From IMG/VR virus record IMGVR_UViG_3300008259_002461: DNA of 64,000 bases; one strand, given 5' to 3'. Of this stretch, positions 10,764 through 20,701 are shown piece after piece. The position numbers and the translations under genes are program-made. This DNA comes from a virus (Duplodnaviria > Caudoviricetes). Under the pieces are notes generated by a model that saw only the letters and a program-made list of their open reading frames with translations, made no database searches and was not told where the DNA came from. The stretch's first letter is position 1. Each line of letters starts with the position of its first letter.

Positions 10764-12646
10764 TGAGTTACAGACTTAATAAAACCAACGGCGAACTACT
10801 AATAGAGTTAGTAGACGGACAAATTGATGCTACTTCAACGGATATAGTTTTAGTAGGAAGAAATTATAAAGGCTTTGGTGAATTTTTAAACGAAAACTAT
10901 ATTAAGCTTCTTGAAAATTTTGCAAAGACAAGTGCTCCAGGCAAGCCTTTAACTGGACAACTGTGGTATGATACCGCAGAAGAACGACTAAAGATTTACA
11001 ACGGAGAAACATTTAAGGCTGCAGGCGGACCAGTAGTAAGTAATGTAAGACCTAATCTAGTAGTTGGTGACTTATGGATTGATAGTGAAAATAACAAGTT
11101 GTATTTTTTCGATGGTTCGGATCTAGTATTAGTAGGCCCTAATTATGACGCAGCACAGGGAAGAACAGGATTTGAAGCAGTTACTATTTTAGATAGAAAT
11201 AGTCAAGACCAAACAGTATTATTCATGTATGTTGCTGGCCAATTAACTGGAATCATATCTAGAACTACATTTGTTCCTCTAATCAATATTGTTGGATATC
11301 CATTAAACCCGGATGACCTAAGTACACCTCGACGACAAATTGTTAAACAGGGTCTTAATCCTGTAAATTTAGATTTTTGGTTTAGAGGAACATCACAGAG
11401 TACACGATCTCTAATCAGTGATGCTGGCGAAGAATTTACTGAAGCCAACTTCATGAAAACAGACAGAAATACTACAACTACTGGTAATATTAAAATTAGA
11501 AATAGTGGTGGTTTAAGTATTGGTGTTAGTGATACAGAATTTCTTGTTTTAAAAATTGCAAGCGAAATAAGCACTATTGAAACTCAACGATCTAATAAAG
11601 ATTTTACAATTAGAACACGTCGAGGAAACTCTTTTGATAATGCGTTATATATTGATGCTACAAATAAACGTGCCGGCATTTGGACAGTAACTCCGTCAAC
11701 TGATCTTGACATAAACGGAAGCACTAGAATTACTGGAGATCTTGAAGTTGAAGGTAATTTTACAGTTAAAGGTGAAACTTTATTTTTAGATGTATCTAAT
11801 TTAAGAATTGAAGATAAAACAATTGAACTAGCTTCTACATCTGACAGCACATTACTTACTCCTGAAGCAGCCGACGGCGCTGGAATTATTGTAAGAATGC
11901 AAGGTGATAGTAAAACATTAACTTGGGAATATGAGACTGGCGCTTGGACATTTAGTGAAGATCTTAATTTAGTAGCCGGAAAATCTTATAAAATAGGTAA
12001 TGTTACTAAATTATCAACAAACAGATTAGATGATAGCATTTTATATGCTGAAGGATTAATTAGTATTGGTACTTTAGTAGAATTAAATGTTGACAATTTT
12101 AATTTTAACGGTTCTAATATGGTAGTATCGGGCCCACTAGGAATTTCGTCAACGGGCACAATAGTCATAAACAATCAAAATATTACAGGAGTGTTAGATC
12201 CAACTACTAACTTTGACGTAGCAAATAAACGCTATGTAGATCAAACAGTTGCATCAGAACCTCTTGTAATGAGTTTAGACTTAACAGGGTTATCAAATCC
12301 TAATGCATCTTTTGCATCAGATGGTCCTTATAATGATGTTATTGGGATTCTCAATTTTATGTATCCTGCAATAGAAAAACAACCAGGAACAATTGCTAGA
12401 GTTTATTGTATTTCTTATACAGGAACAACAGTTTCAGGGATCGATGTTACAGCAGCATCTAATAAATCTTATGTTTCAGTCTATATAGATCCTGATGACA
12501 GTACTACTCCACAGCTAGAAAGCGTATTGCAGGATATTAACTTTGCTACAGTTTCGGGTATTGCAAATCTAAGTCCAAGCAGAGCAACTATGGAATTTAC
12601 AGTAAACAGCGGAGTTTGGCAATGGGTTCGTACAAACCCACTATAA
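10763..12646 (+). CDS. Tail fibre/baseplate-attached protein (paralogue of 8691 and 12683)
   Basis: N-terminal LVGRNYKGFGEFLNENYIKLLENFA..PGKPLTGQLWYD; TAATG overlap with the upstream stop. Confidence 0.65.
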   Translation: MSYRLNKTNGELLIELVDGQIDATSTDIVLVGRNYKGFGEFLNENYIKLLENFAKTSAPGKPLTGQLWYDTAEERLKIYNGETFKAAGGPVVSNVRPNLVVGDLWIDSENNKLYFFDGSDLVLVGPNYDAAQGRTGFEAVTILDRNSQDQTVLFMYVAGQLTGIISRTTFVPLINIVGYPLNPDDLSTPRRQIVKQGLNPVNLDFWFRGTSQSTRSLISDAGEEFTEANFMKTDRNTTTTGNIKIRNSGGLSIGVSDTEFLVLKIASEISTIETQRSNKDFTIRTRRGNSFDNALYIDATNKRAGIWTVTPSTDLDINGSTRITGDLEVEGNFTVKGETLFLDVSNLRIEDKTIELASTSDSTLLTPEAADGAGIIVRMQGDSKTLTWEYETGAWTFSEDLNLVAGKSYKIGNVTKLSTNRLDDSILYAEGLISIGTLVELNVDNFNFNGSNMVVSGPLGISSTGTIVINNQNITGVLDPTTNFDVANKRYVDQTVASEPLVMSLDLTGLSNPNASFASDGPYNDVIGILNFMYPAIEKQPGTIARVYCISYTGTTVSGIDVTAASNKSYVSVYIDPDDSTTPQLESVLQDINFATVSGIANLSPSRATMEFTVNSGVWQWVRTNPL

Positions 12647-12648
12647 TG

Positions 12649-12656
12649 GATAAATA
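12649..12656 (+). promoter_or_regulatory. T4-late-like promoter motif GATAAATA
   Basis: In the 36-bp gap before ATG 12683. Confidence 0.5.
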
Positions 12657-12682
12657 CTACATCGCTTTAGGGGTTAAACATA

Positions 12683-14185
12683 ATGGCATATACAATTGAT
12701 AGATATAATAAAGGTCAACTAACCGTAATTGAAGACGGTACTATTGATCAAAGCACCGACTTAAAATTAGTAGGTAAGAATTATGCAGGTTACGGTGAAA
12801 TACAAAACGAAAACTTTGTATTTTTACTTGAAAACTTTTCAGGAACAAATGCGCCTCCTAGAGCAGTAAGCGGACAGCTTTGGTTTGACAGTGCAAATAG
12901 CAAACTTAAATTTTATGACGGATTCCAGTGGAGAACCACAGGCGGTGCTGAAGTAAGTAGTAATGTTCCAACCGGTCTAAAGCGAGGCGATTTTTGGTGG
13001 GATACAGCTAATGAACAGTTGTATACATACAACGGTATTGATTTTGTACTTATTGGACCACAAAGTGCAGGATCAGGACAAACACAGATTGTAAGTCGTA
13101 CAGTTAGAGATACCGGTGGTGGATCAAGAGGCATTATTACAGCAGTTGTTAATGATGAAGTTATTTTTGTCATAAGCAATCAAGATTTTACTATTGACAC
13201 TAGTGATGTTGCTAGTAACATTTCTGGATTTGACAGAATCAAACAAGGTATTACATTAAAGAATACGTTAAATAGCTCAGGCGGAGTTACATCAGGCGAT
13301 TGGAGATTCTGGGGAACTGCATCTAACACTGAAAAATTAGGTGGTCAACCTGCGGCTAATTATGTTCGATCTGACAATCCAACATTTAACTCTTTAGCAT
13401 CTTTTAGAGATGCAGGTATATTAGTAGGTGATTCTGGAGATTTTAGAATCAGTGTTGAATCAACAACTACTAATGCTATAATTGCAAACGAAGTTGGTAA
13501 TCAAATTGTTTTTAAAGCAAAGGATCTTTTAGGCAACATCAAAAATCCAATGCGTATATTTGCTGATAATATTATACCAGGATTTGTTGCAGGTACTGAA
13601 TTTACTCCAAATCCAACTAGATTAGGTTCAACAATTGGTACAGCTGATTATCCTTGGCTAAACATATATGCAGACACATTTACAGGTTTAGCTCAACGTG
13701 CTAGTGCTCTTGTAGTAGCAGGCGAAAATAGACTTGGTTCATTAACAGCAACACCTAACACTGTTGCTATTAGAAATAATGATGGAGATATTTTTGCAAA
13801 TGTATTTCAAGGAGTTGCAGCTGAAGCACGATATGCTGACTTAGCAGAAAAATATACAACTGATCAAGAACATATTCCAGGAACTATTATGATGGTATGT
13901 GAACATCCAGATCATGAGTTAGAAGCATGTCAAAGCACTGGCTTTCCTGTAGGTGTTGTGTCAACAGCGCCAGCATTTACAATGAATGCCGAAGCTGATG
14001 GTCAAGCCATTGCTCTAAAAGGCAGAGTTCCAGTAAGAATTATAGGCGCTGTTAAAAAGGGTGATATAATATATGCAGGAGACCACGGCGTAGGATCATT
14101 ATCAGGCCCTTATAAAATTGGTGTAGCATTAGAAAGTAATTCTTTAGAAAATGAAAAATTAATCGAGTGTGTACTAGTATTATAA
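12683..14185 (+). CDS. Tail fibre/spike with C-terminal intramolecular-chaperone (peptidase G2-like) domain
   Basis: Shared N-terminal domain; C-terminus ARYADLAEKY...GVVSTAPAF.MN...IALKGRVPVRIIGAVKKGD typical of autoprocessed tail-spike chaperones. Confidence 0.7.
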   Translation: MAYTIDRYNKGQLTVIEDGTIDQSTDLKLVGKNYAGYGEIQNENFVFLLENFSGTNAPPRAVSGQLWFDSANSKLKFYDGFQWRTTGGAEVSSNVPTGLKRGDFWWDTANEQLYTYNGIDFVLIGPQSAGSGQTQIVSRTVRDTGGGSRGIITAVVNDEVIFVISNQDFTIDTSDVASNISGFDRIKQGITLKNTLNSSGGVTSGDWRFWGTASNTEKLGGQPAANYVRSDNPTFNSLASFRDAGILVGDSGDFRISVESTTTNAIIANEVGNQIVFKAKDLLGNIKNPMRIFADNIIPGFVAGTEFTPNPTRLGSTIGTADYPWLNIYADTFTGLAQRASALVVAGENRLGSLTATPNTVAIRNNDGDIFANVFQGVAAEARYADLAEKYTTDQEHIPGTIMMVCEHPDHELEACQSTGFPVGVVSTAPAFTMNAEADGQAIALKGRVPVRIIGAVKKGDIIYAGDHGVGSLSGPYKIGVALESNSLENEKLIECVLVL

Positions 14186-14188
14186 ATA
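14181..14188 (+). promoter_or_regulatory. T4 late promoter consensus TATAAATA
   Basis: Exact T4 late consensus overlapping the stop at 14183-14185, upstream of AGGA SD and ATG 14213. Confidence 0.6.
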
Positions 14189-14212
14189 TAGTAGTATTTA
14201 ATAGGAAATAAC

Positions 14213-15118
14213 ATGTCAGTAACAGTCGGCTCAAAGATTACAGCAGCAAATTATAATACCTTACAAAGTAGGGTTGCCAACATATTGGGGCAAGGCTTTG
14301 ATCAATCTGGATACGGACAGTCATTAGTTAGTAGTTTAGTTGATGCTGAGACGTTAATAACAGCTGAACATATGGAATTATTAAGAACTGATCTTAATAG
14401 AATTTGTGTACATCAAACTGGTAGTCTCTCAAATCTTTCAGAATTAGATTCTGGCGACAAAATTAGTGCTAACGCAGTAAATGGTGATCCAACTAAAGGT
14501 TTTAACGCTTATGTTTCACTAATGAATGTTCTTGAACCAAATGCTCAAATAGTAGATCCTACACAAGTTACAATAGAAACAGCTATTACAAGTGTTAGAT
14601 ATAGTCCATGGAACGGTCAGCCAGTACATTCTTTTACAGTAACTTGGAATAGCCAAGATCAGCGTAGAGCATTTTTTAACGCTGGCGGCGAAATACACGT
14701 ATCTGCTGAAATTGCTGGAGATACAACATCAAAAGGCTTAGATTGGAATGCCATGCTTCAAAACATGGGTACTATTAAATTTGGCAAAAATGCTACAACT
14801 AAAACAGGTAGTGGCGGAACAGCTTATTCAATTGGAAATTACCAAATAACATCTTCTTATCAAAGAATTTTTGAAAGAAATGGACAACTTAGCACTTATG
14901 CCGAAAACAGATACTACGTGTCAGCAAAAGAAATAAGTACTAGAGCGATCCAGTTTAGAATAGAATTTTTAGATGCTGATAGCGGAGATCCAGGAAACGA
15001 CGAATCAGTCTTTGGAACACTTACTAGTTTAGTTAAACAACTCCGTCCAACCGGAAGTTACGTATCAATTACATCTCCATCATATTCTAATCAAGTTGAT
15101 CTCGCCAGCGGCGCTTAA
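14213..15118 (+). CDS. Putative virion structural protein (paralogue of 15131)
   Basis: 301 aa, S/T/G-rich; FFNAGGEI, DWNAMLQNMG, IGNYQ.TSSYQ.IF motifs shared with the next gene. Confidence 0.5.
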   Translation: MSVTVGSKITAANYNTLQSRVANILGQGFDQSGYGQSLVSSLVDAETLITAEHMELLRTDLNRICVHQTGSLSNLSELDSGDKISANAVNGDPTKGFNAYVSLMNVLEPNAQIVDPTQVTIETAITSVRYSPWNGQPVHSFTVTWNSQDQRRAFFNAGGEIHVSAEIAGDTTSKGLDWNAMLQNMGTIKFGKNATTKTGSGGTAYSIGNYQITSSYQRIFERNGQLSTYAENRYYVSAKEISTRAIQFRIEFLDADSGDPGNDESVFGTLTSLVKQLRPTGSYVSITSPSYSNQVDLASGA

Positions 15119-15130
15119 CAAGGTTAAACT

Positions 15131-16243
15131 ATGACAGTAAGTATTGGTAATGTAGCACAAAACACAGACTATAATAATTTAGTTTCTGAGATAAGAAATA
15201 TCTTAGGCAACGGTGTTGGTGCAGCAGGGTACGGTCAATTAATTTCTAACTTAACAACAGTAACTGGAAGTTCTACAAAAGATATAGCCATTACAGAATG
15301 GAACAATCTTAGAACACAAATTAATAGAATTTCTAGACATCAGCAAAATACTGATCAAAGTATTGGTGCTCTTACTACCGGTAGAATTATTGGTGCAGAT
15401 GAATCAGGTACTAGTGTAACACGGGTAGATACTGGTGGAACCATAACATTTACTCATAATAGTTCTGACACTACTATGGGAGTTAACGATTTTATTACAG
15501 CCGTTGCAAACGTAAAAACTATATCTGATGCAGTCACTCCTACAGTTCATCCTATACAAAATACATTAACAAATACTAGGGTATTTGCATCGAGTACACG
15601 TACTGCATCATGGGGCGGCGCTGGACAGCTACAAACAGTAAATTGTATATTTGAAATAGTTTTTGAAGGCGGGTATCAAGTTTCTGATTCTACTACCGGT
15701 GCTACAGTCACAGCAACTGGAGCAGATCATAGAAGACACTTTTTTAATACAGGCGGCGAAATAAGAATTTCAGGCGCAAATACTAGTACTAGTCAAGTTA
15801 AAGGGTCAGACTGGGCAGTGATGCTTCAAAATATGGGAGCAGTAGTACTTGGTAAAAATAAGACTACTGTGACTGGCACAGGAAGAGCAAGAGACGGCGT
15901 TACTGATGTTAACCTAGATGGTATTGTTGATAGTAGCATAGGAAATTTTCAATTAACAACAAGTTATCAATTAATTTTTCAACGTAATGGCGGCGGGGAA
16001 AGTGCAAACTATGCTGAAAATACCATTACAATGTATGCACGACGAAACCTTACTGGCGACATTATTACTATATCAATTGAATTAACTGATAACGATTTAG
16101 GCGACCAAACAGGTACAGGGCCAGGAGTTGACGAGCCAGTTGACGGTACATTACAGATTGGGTTAGATCTAAGACGAGCCACTGGCAGTTTTGTTTCAGT
16201 CCCTACTCCTGTAGCAATAGTAGCAGACGAATTATTCACATAA
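15131..16243 (+). CDS. Putative virion structural protein (paralogue of 14213)
   Basis: 370 aa; FFNTGGEI, DWAVMLQNMG, IGNFQLTTSYQ.IF motifs. Confidence 0.5.
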   Translation: MTVSIGNVAQNTDYNNLVSEIRNILGNGVGAAGYGQLISNLTTVTGSSTKDIAITEWNNLRTQINRISRHQQNTDQSIGALTTGRIIGADESGTSVTRVDTGGTITFTHNSSDTTMGVNDFITAVANVKTISDAVTPTVHPIQNTLTNTRVFASSTRTASWGGAGQLQTVNCIFEIVFEGGYQVSDSTTGATVTATGADHRRHFFNTGGEIRISGANTSTSQVKGSDWAVMLQNMGAVVLGKNKTTVTGTGRARDGVTDVNLDGIVDSSIGNFQLTTSYQLIFQRNGGGESANYAENTITMYARRNLTGDIITISIELTDNDLGDQTGTGPGVDEPVDGTLQIGLDLRRATGSFVSVPTPVAIVADELFT

Positions 16244-16246
16244 TCA

Positions 16247-16275
16247 TTGACATCCTGCACATTTTGTTATATAAT
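16247..16275 (+). promoter_or_regulatory. Sigma70-type promoter, perfect consensus
   Basis: TTGACA (16247-16252), 17 bp spacer, TATAAT (16270-16275); AGGAGG SD 16283-16288; ATG 16294. Confidence 0.85.
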
Positions 16276-16293
16276 AGTGTGTAGGAGGTCTCA

Positions 16294-16641
16294 ATGGACG
16301 ATCGTTTAGAAAAAGCACTTGAATTTTCAAATTTTATGACTACGCTGAATAATCAGCGCAGAGTCATTCGTGAACAATTTTTAGAAAATTGTATACATTA
16401 TCTTAATGGCGGTAAATTTTCAGTTACTAGAGAACTGATCAATTTTTGCAGTTTAATGCAAAGTCGAGGTCACGCTAATATTGTTCTTATAGATGACAAC
16501 GATGCTCCGGTTGAAGTATCTGATCTAGAAAAATTTTTAGATGACATAACTGACATTTATTTTACTAACTCAAATGAATACCTTAATAAGTACAACGAAA
16601 TCAAAAAAAATAGAACAGTAAAGGGACTTGTTAATTTATGA
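16294..16641 (+). CDS. Hypothetical protein
   Basis: 115 aa, strong AGGAGG SD, ATGA overlap with the next gene. Confidence 0.75.
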   Translation: MDDRLEKALEFSNFMTTLNNQRRVIREQFLENCIHYLNGGKFSVTRELINFCSLMQSRGHANIVLIDDNDAPVEVSDLEKFLDDITDIYFTNSNEYLNKYNEIKKNRTVKGLVNL

Positions 16642-17498
16642 CGAGGGGAGTATTACTGTTTGCTCTTAATAATTCTACAATTGATTATATTAAACAAGCA
16701 ATCTATTGTGCAAAAAAAATTAAGAAACATTTAGGCATTCCTGTAGCTCTTGCAACAGATAATCCTGACTATCTAAAAAGTCAATTTCCGTATTATGAAA
16801 AATACATACAACATATAATCCCGTTAGATTTTTATACAACCACTCAAACTCGAAGGTTTCGTGACGGTACAATGAGCAAGCGTGATCTAGAATGGAAGAA
16901 TCATAATAGATCAAGTGCATACAATATAACGCCGTTTGACGAAACTATTGTTATGGATACTGATTTTATCATAGGTAACAATTTGCTTTTAAATTGTTTT
17001 GGTACCGACGAAGAGTTTTTCATATATAGAAATGTTGAAGATTTAAATCAAGATAGGCCTGACGGTCACGAATTTAATAAAATTAGTGACAGAAGTATTG
17101 ATATGTATTGGGCTACTGTTTTTTATTTTAAAAAAACAGAGTTTATGCAAAGTTTTTTTGAATTACTAGATCACATTAAAGAAAATTGGCATTTCTATAG
17201 ATTAATATATCAAATTCCGTTTAAATTGTTTCGTAATGATTATACGTTTAGTATAGCAATTCATATGCTAAATGGGTTTCAGCGTACTAGCTGGCCTAAA
17301 GCATTACCTGGAAAATTATGGTTTACTACTGACGCTGACGTATTAATAAAAATGGAAGATGAGAGTTATACATTTTTATTAGATAAAAAAGAGTGGGTAG
17401 GGCATTATACCGCCGGATACATTAAAGATACTAATATTCATATCATGAATAAGTTTAGCCTTAATCGTGCAATAGATGAGGCCTTGACAAATGAATAA
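16638..17498 (+). CDS. Glycosyltransferase, GT-A fold (GT8-like)
   Basis: TPFDETIVMDTDF (DxD), WATVFYF, RNDYTFSIAIH motifs. Confidence 0.65.
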   Translation: MTRGVLLFALNNSTIDYIKQAIYCAKKIKKHLGIPVALATDNPDYLKSQFPYYEKYIQHIIPLDFYTTTQTRRFRDGTMSKRDLEWKNHNRSSAYNITPFDETIVMDTDFIIGNNLLLNCFGTDEEFFIYRNVEDLNQDRPDGHEFNKISDRSIDMYWATVFYFKKTEFMQSFFELLDHIKENWHFYRLIYQIPFKLFRNDYTFSIAIHMLNGFQRTSWPKALPGKLWFTTDADVLIKMEDESYTFLLDKKEWVGHYTAGYIKDTNIHIMNKFSLNRAIDEALTNE

Positions 17499-18312
17499 AG
17501 GATTTTGTTTACTTGCACAAAATAATGAAACTACTGATTATGTAAAACAGGCATATGCTTTAGCATTGAGTCTTCACAAGTATAACAAAGATCAAAAAAT
17601 TTCGTTAATTACAAACGACACAGTTCCAACAGAATACAAAAATGTCTTTGATCAAATACTTCCAATTCCGTGGGACGATAGTGCAAAAGATGCACAATGG
17701 AAAATACAGAATCGTTGGAAGGTATATCATGCTAGTCCCTACGACGAAACAATTGTCTTAGAAGCAGACATGTTAATACTAACTGACATTACACATTGGT
17801 GGCAAGAACTAGGCAAGCGAGATTTATTTTTTGTAAGTAATGTCCGCACATATCGAGACGAATTAGTAACTTCTGCTTATTATAGAAAAACTTTTATTGC
17901 TAATAAACTTCCTAATCTTTATAGTGCCTGTCATTATTTTAAAAAGGGAGATGTTGCTAAGGAGTTTTATAATCTAGTTGAAATGATTACAAATAATTGG
18001 CAATTATTCTATGGTAAATTTGCGTCAGAAGAATATCAAAAATGGTGTTCAATGGATGTTAGCTGTGCTCTTGCAAGTAAAATATTAGGTAACGAAACAG
18101 AAATAACTGATCCTAATAGTTTTATTACCTTTACGCATATGAAACCTCATGTGCAAGGATGGAGACAAACTCCAGAGCAATGGACTAAAGTTATTGGAAA
18201 ATATTATAGACCTGATGGTACATTAATTCTGGGTAATTATGTTCAAAAAGGTTTATTACATTATGTGGAAGACGAGTTTCTAACAGATAATATTATTGAG
18301 AAATTAATATAA
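17491..18312 (+). CDS. Glycosyltransferase, GT-A fold (paralogue of 16638)
   Basis: SPYDETIVLEADML (ExD variant), MDVSCALA, FTHMK motifs. Confidence 0.6.
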   Translation: MNKGFCLLAQNNETTDYVKQAYALALSLHKYNKDQKISLITNDTVPTEYKNVFDQILPIPWDDSAKDAQWKIQNRWKVYHASPYDETIVLEADMLILTDITHWWQELGKRDLFFVSNVRTYRDELVTSAYYRKTFIANKLPNLYSACHYFKKGDVAKEFYNLVEMITNNWQLFYGKFASEEYQKWCSMDVSCALASKILGNETEITDPNSFITFTHMKPHVQGWRQTPEQWTKVIGKYYRPDGTLILGNYVQKGLLHYVEDEFLTDNIIEKLI

Positions 18313-18325
18313 AAGGAAAATAATA

Positions 18326-19243
18326 ATGAAAATTTTAATGACTGGAACAAGCGGCTTTATAGGTCAACATTTAGAACCGTTGTTAAAAGAACAACACGAG
18401 ATTTATTCTTTAAAAAGCGACTTACTAGATTTTGATGCAGTTACAAAAGAAGTTTTAGACTTTCAGCCTGACATTATTGTACACCTTGCCGCACGTACAG
18501 AAGTAGAAAAAAGTTTTTACGAACAAATAACATTTAGTCAAATTAATTATGTAGGTAGTGTCAATTTAATTGAAACTGCAACAAAAATTCCTAATCTTAA
18601 AAACTTCGTGTTTGCAAGTACTATGGAAGTGTATGGTTGGCAACCTATTAGTGATATTGTCCAATCTGGTAGAGTTCCGGAAATATTTGAAGCTTTTGAC
18701 GAAAACACACCGCCCAATCCTAATGCGCCTTATGCTGTGGCTAAGTATGGAGTTGAAAAATATTTAGAATATGCACATCGTTGTTTAGAACTACCATTTA
18801 CTGCTATTAGACAAACAAACTGTTATGGCCGCAAGGATAATGAATTTTTTGTTACTGAACAAATTATTAGTCAGATGCTGGCTAATCCGTATGAAGCAGA
18901 GTTTGGATATGCAGAGCCATATCGTAACTTTATCTTTATCGATGACATGCTAAGTGCTTGGACTACTATTATCAATAATCCTGCACTAGTAAACACAGGA
19001 AAAATCTTAACTATTGGTCCAGATAATCCAATTAAGATTAGAGAATATGCAACTATAATTGCAAAGAAACTTAATTGGGATGGTAAAATACATTGGCATC
19101 GCAAACTACACCGTCCAGGAGAAATTTATTGGTTGAATAGTAATCATAATTTACTTACCAAGCTAACCGGGTGGACACCTAAAGTAAGTTTAAGTGACGG
19201 TCTTGACAAAACTATTGAAATTTGGAAAGAAAAATTAAAATGA
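18326..19243 (+). CDS. NAD-dependent nucleotide-sugar epimerase/dehydratase (extended SDR)
   Basis: TGTSGFIG Rossmann motif, VHLAA, STMEVYG, YAVAK (YxxxK), RNFIFIDD, WTPKVSLSDGL. Confidence 0.9.
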   Translation: MKILMTGTSGFIGQHLEPLLKEQHEIYSLKSDLLDFDAVTKEVLDFQPDIIVHLAARTEVEKSFYEQITFSQINYVGSVNLIETATKIPNLKNFVFASTMEVYGWQPISDIVQSGRVPEIFEAFDENTPPNPNAPYAVAKYGVEKYLEYAHRCLELPFTAIRQTNCYGRKDNEFFVTEQIISQMLANPYEAEFGYAEPYRNFIFIDDMLSAWTTIINNPALVNTGKILTIGPDNPIKIREYATIIAKKLNWDGKIHWHRKLHRPGEIYWLNSNHNLLTKLTGWTPKVSLSDGLDKTIEIWKEKLK

Positions 19244-19818
19244 AATGGTATTTTAATTTTAAAGATCCTGGAGGCGAGATATGGAAAATAACCAATGAGC
19301 TTGACGAGTCAACTCCGTATATAGAAGTAGAAGCCGAACTTTATAAAGAGTTTTCAACTGAACAAAAGCGAATGCAAGACTACATTATTGTTCCTACTGG
19401 CAAGACAGATTTAAAATATGAATTGCAATTGAAACATCAAGATCTATTAACATTTGACGTAGATACAAGCGTTCATCAAATTCAAAAAGTTGATAATGTT
19501 AATACTAATAATGCAGTTGTAATCGAACAAGATGTTAAACAGGGAGTTTGGACAATCAGTATGACCGAACAACTACGAGCGTTATTAACTCAGACTGCAT
19601 ATTATAAAGATAAAACTCAGCTGATATATGTTACTGATCAAGACGACCCAAATATTTTACTAGACACAATAGAAGTAAAGTTGTATAATATACTATTCGA
19701 TAAATCGTTTGTGCTGCCTAATCAATTAGTAAAAGTTGCTCAACGATTAAATGTAAGTTTGTATTGTGGTAAGATATTTGAAAATTATTATCATTTGGTA
19801 AAAAATTATGAAAATTAA
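19240..19818 (+). CDS. Hypothetical protein
   Basis: Start refined to ATG 19240 (ATGA overlap with the epimerase stop); no recognisable motif. Confidence 0.65.
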   Translation: MKWYFNFKDPGGEIWKITNELDESTPYIEVEAELYKEFSTEQKRMQDYIIVPTGKTDLKYELQLKHQDLLTFDVDTSVHQIQKVDNVNTNNAVVIEQDVKQGVWTISMTEQLRALLTQTAYYKDKTQLIYVTDQDDPNILLDTIEVKLYNILFDKSFVLPNQLVKVAQRLNVSLYCGKIFENYYHLVKNYEN

Positions 19819-20701
19819 AGTAGCGGAACAGGACATTATTTTCCTTAGTTATGACGAACCTAATGCTGAAAAAAATTATGCTGACCTATGTGCAAAAGTT
19901 CCTTGGGCAAAAAGAGTTCATGGAGTTAAGGGCAGCGACGCCGCACACAAAGCATGTGCCGCACTAAGCGAAACAGAATACTTTGTTACTGTAGATGCTG
20001 ATAATATAATTGATCCAAAATTTCTTGACATTGAAGTAGACTTAGCAGAATTAGGTCTCACTACTGAGCATGTGTTTAGTTGGTGCGGAAAAGTTCACGT
20101 CAACGGCCTTATGTATGGCAATGGTGGTTTAAAAATGTGGACACGTAAATTTGTTAATAATATGCGTACACACGAAAATTCAGCAGTTGACGACGAAAAG
20201 GGAAAAGTAGAATTTTGTTTTGACGAAAAGTATTATCAGTTCAACGACAGTTATTCAGAAAGTTTTACTAATGCAACACCTTTTCAAGCCTGGCGAGCAG
20301 GATTCCGCGAAGGTGTTAAAATGAGCCTCAACCAAGGCACTAAAACTACTGATATAAAAAAGGTGTGGTGGCAAAATTATCAACGATTACTTATATGGTG
20401 CAATATTGGTGTAGACGTTGATAACGGCATTTGGAGTACAATAGGTGCTCGAGAAGGTTGTTACATGACTAATTGTACTGACTGGGATTATGCACAGGTG
20501 CGCGACTTTGAATATTTAACTGAGTATTGGAAAGAAAAGGGATACGGTCCTACAACAGATACTTCTGATTATTTTAATTGGTTAGGTACTGAACTTAAAC
20601 ACAAGTGCGGTTTAGAAGTTTCCAATATTGATAGTGACGGTTCAAAATTTTTCAAGACGGTGTATCAAAACACGCCAAGAATAATTAAAAGGGCAAAATG
20701 A
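19808..20701 (+). CDS. Glycosyltransferase-like protein, GT-A (paralogue of 29603)
   Basis: DIIFLSYDEP..., FVTVDADN (DxD), AWRAGFREGVK. Confidence 0.55.
   Translation: MKIKVAEQDIIFLSYDEPNAEKNYADLCAKVPWAKRVHGVKGSDAAHKACAALSETEYFVTVDADNIIDPKFLDIEVDLAELGLTTEHVFSWCGKVHVNGLMYGNGGLKMWTRKFVNNMRTHENSAVDDEKGKVEFCFDEKYYQFNDSYSESFTNATPFQAWRAGFREGVKMSLNQGTKTTDIKKVWWQNYQRLLIWCNIGVDVDNGIWSTIGAREGCYMTNCTDWDYAQVRDFEYLTEYWKEKGYGPTTDTSDYFNWLGTELKHKCGLEVSNIDSDGSKFFKTVYQNTPRIIKRAK

Noticed and set aside
2697-16260. Antisense and alternate-frame ORFs of 60-233 aa inside tail genes (e.g. 9854-10555)
   Set aside because: Fully nested opposite long coding ORFs, no SD or motifs; explained by codon bias of the sense gene.
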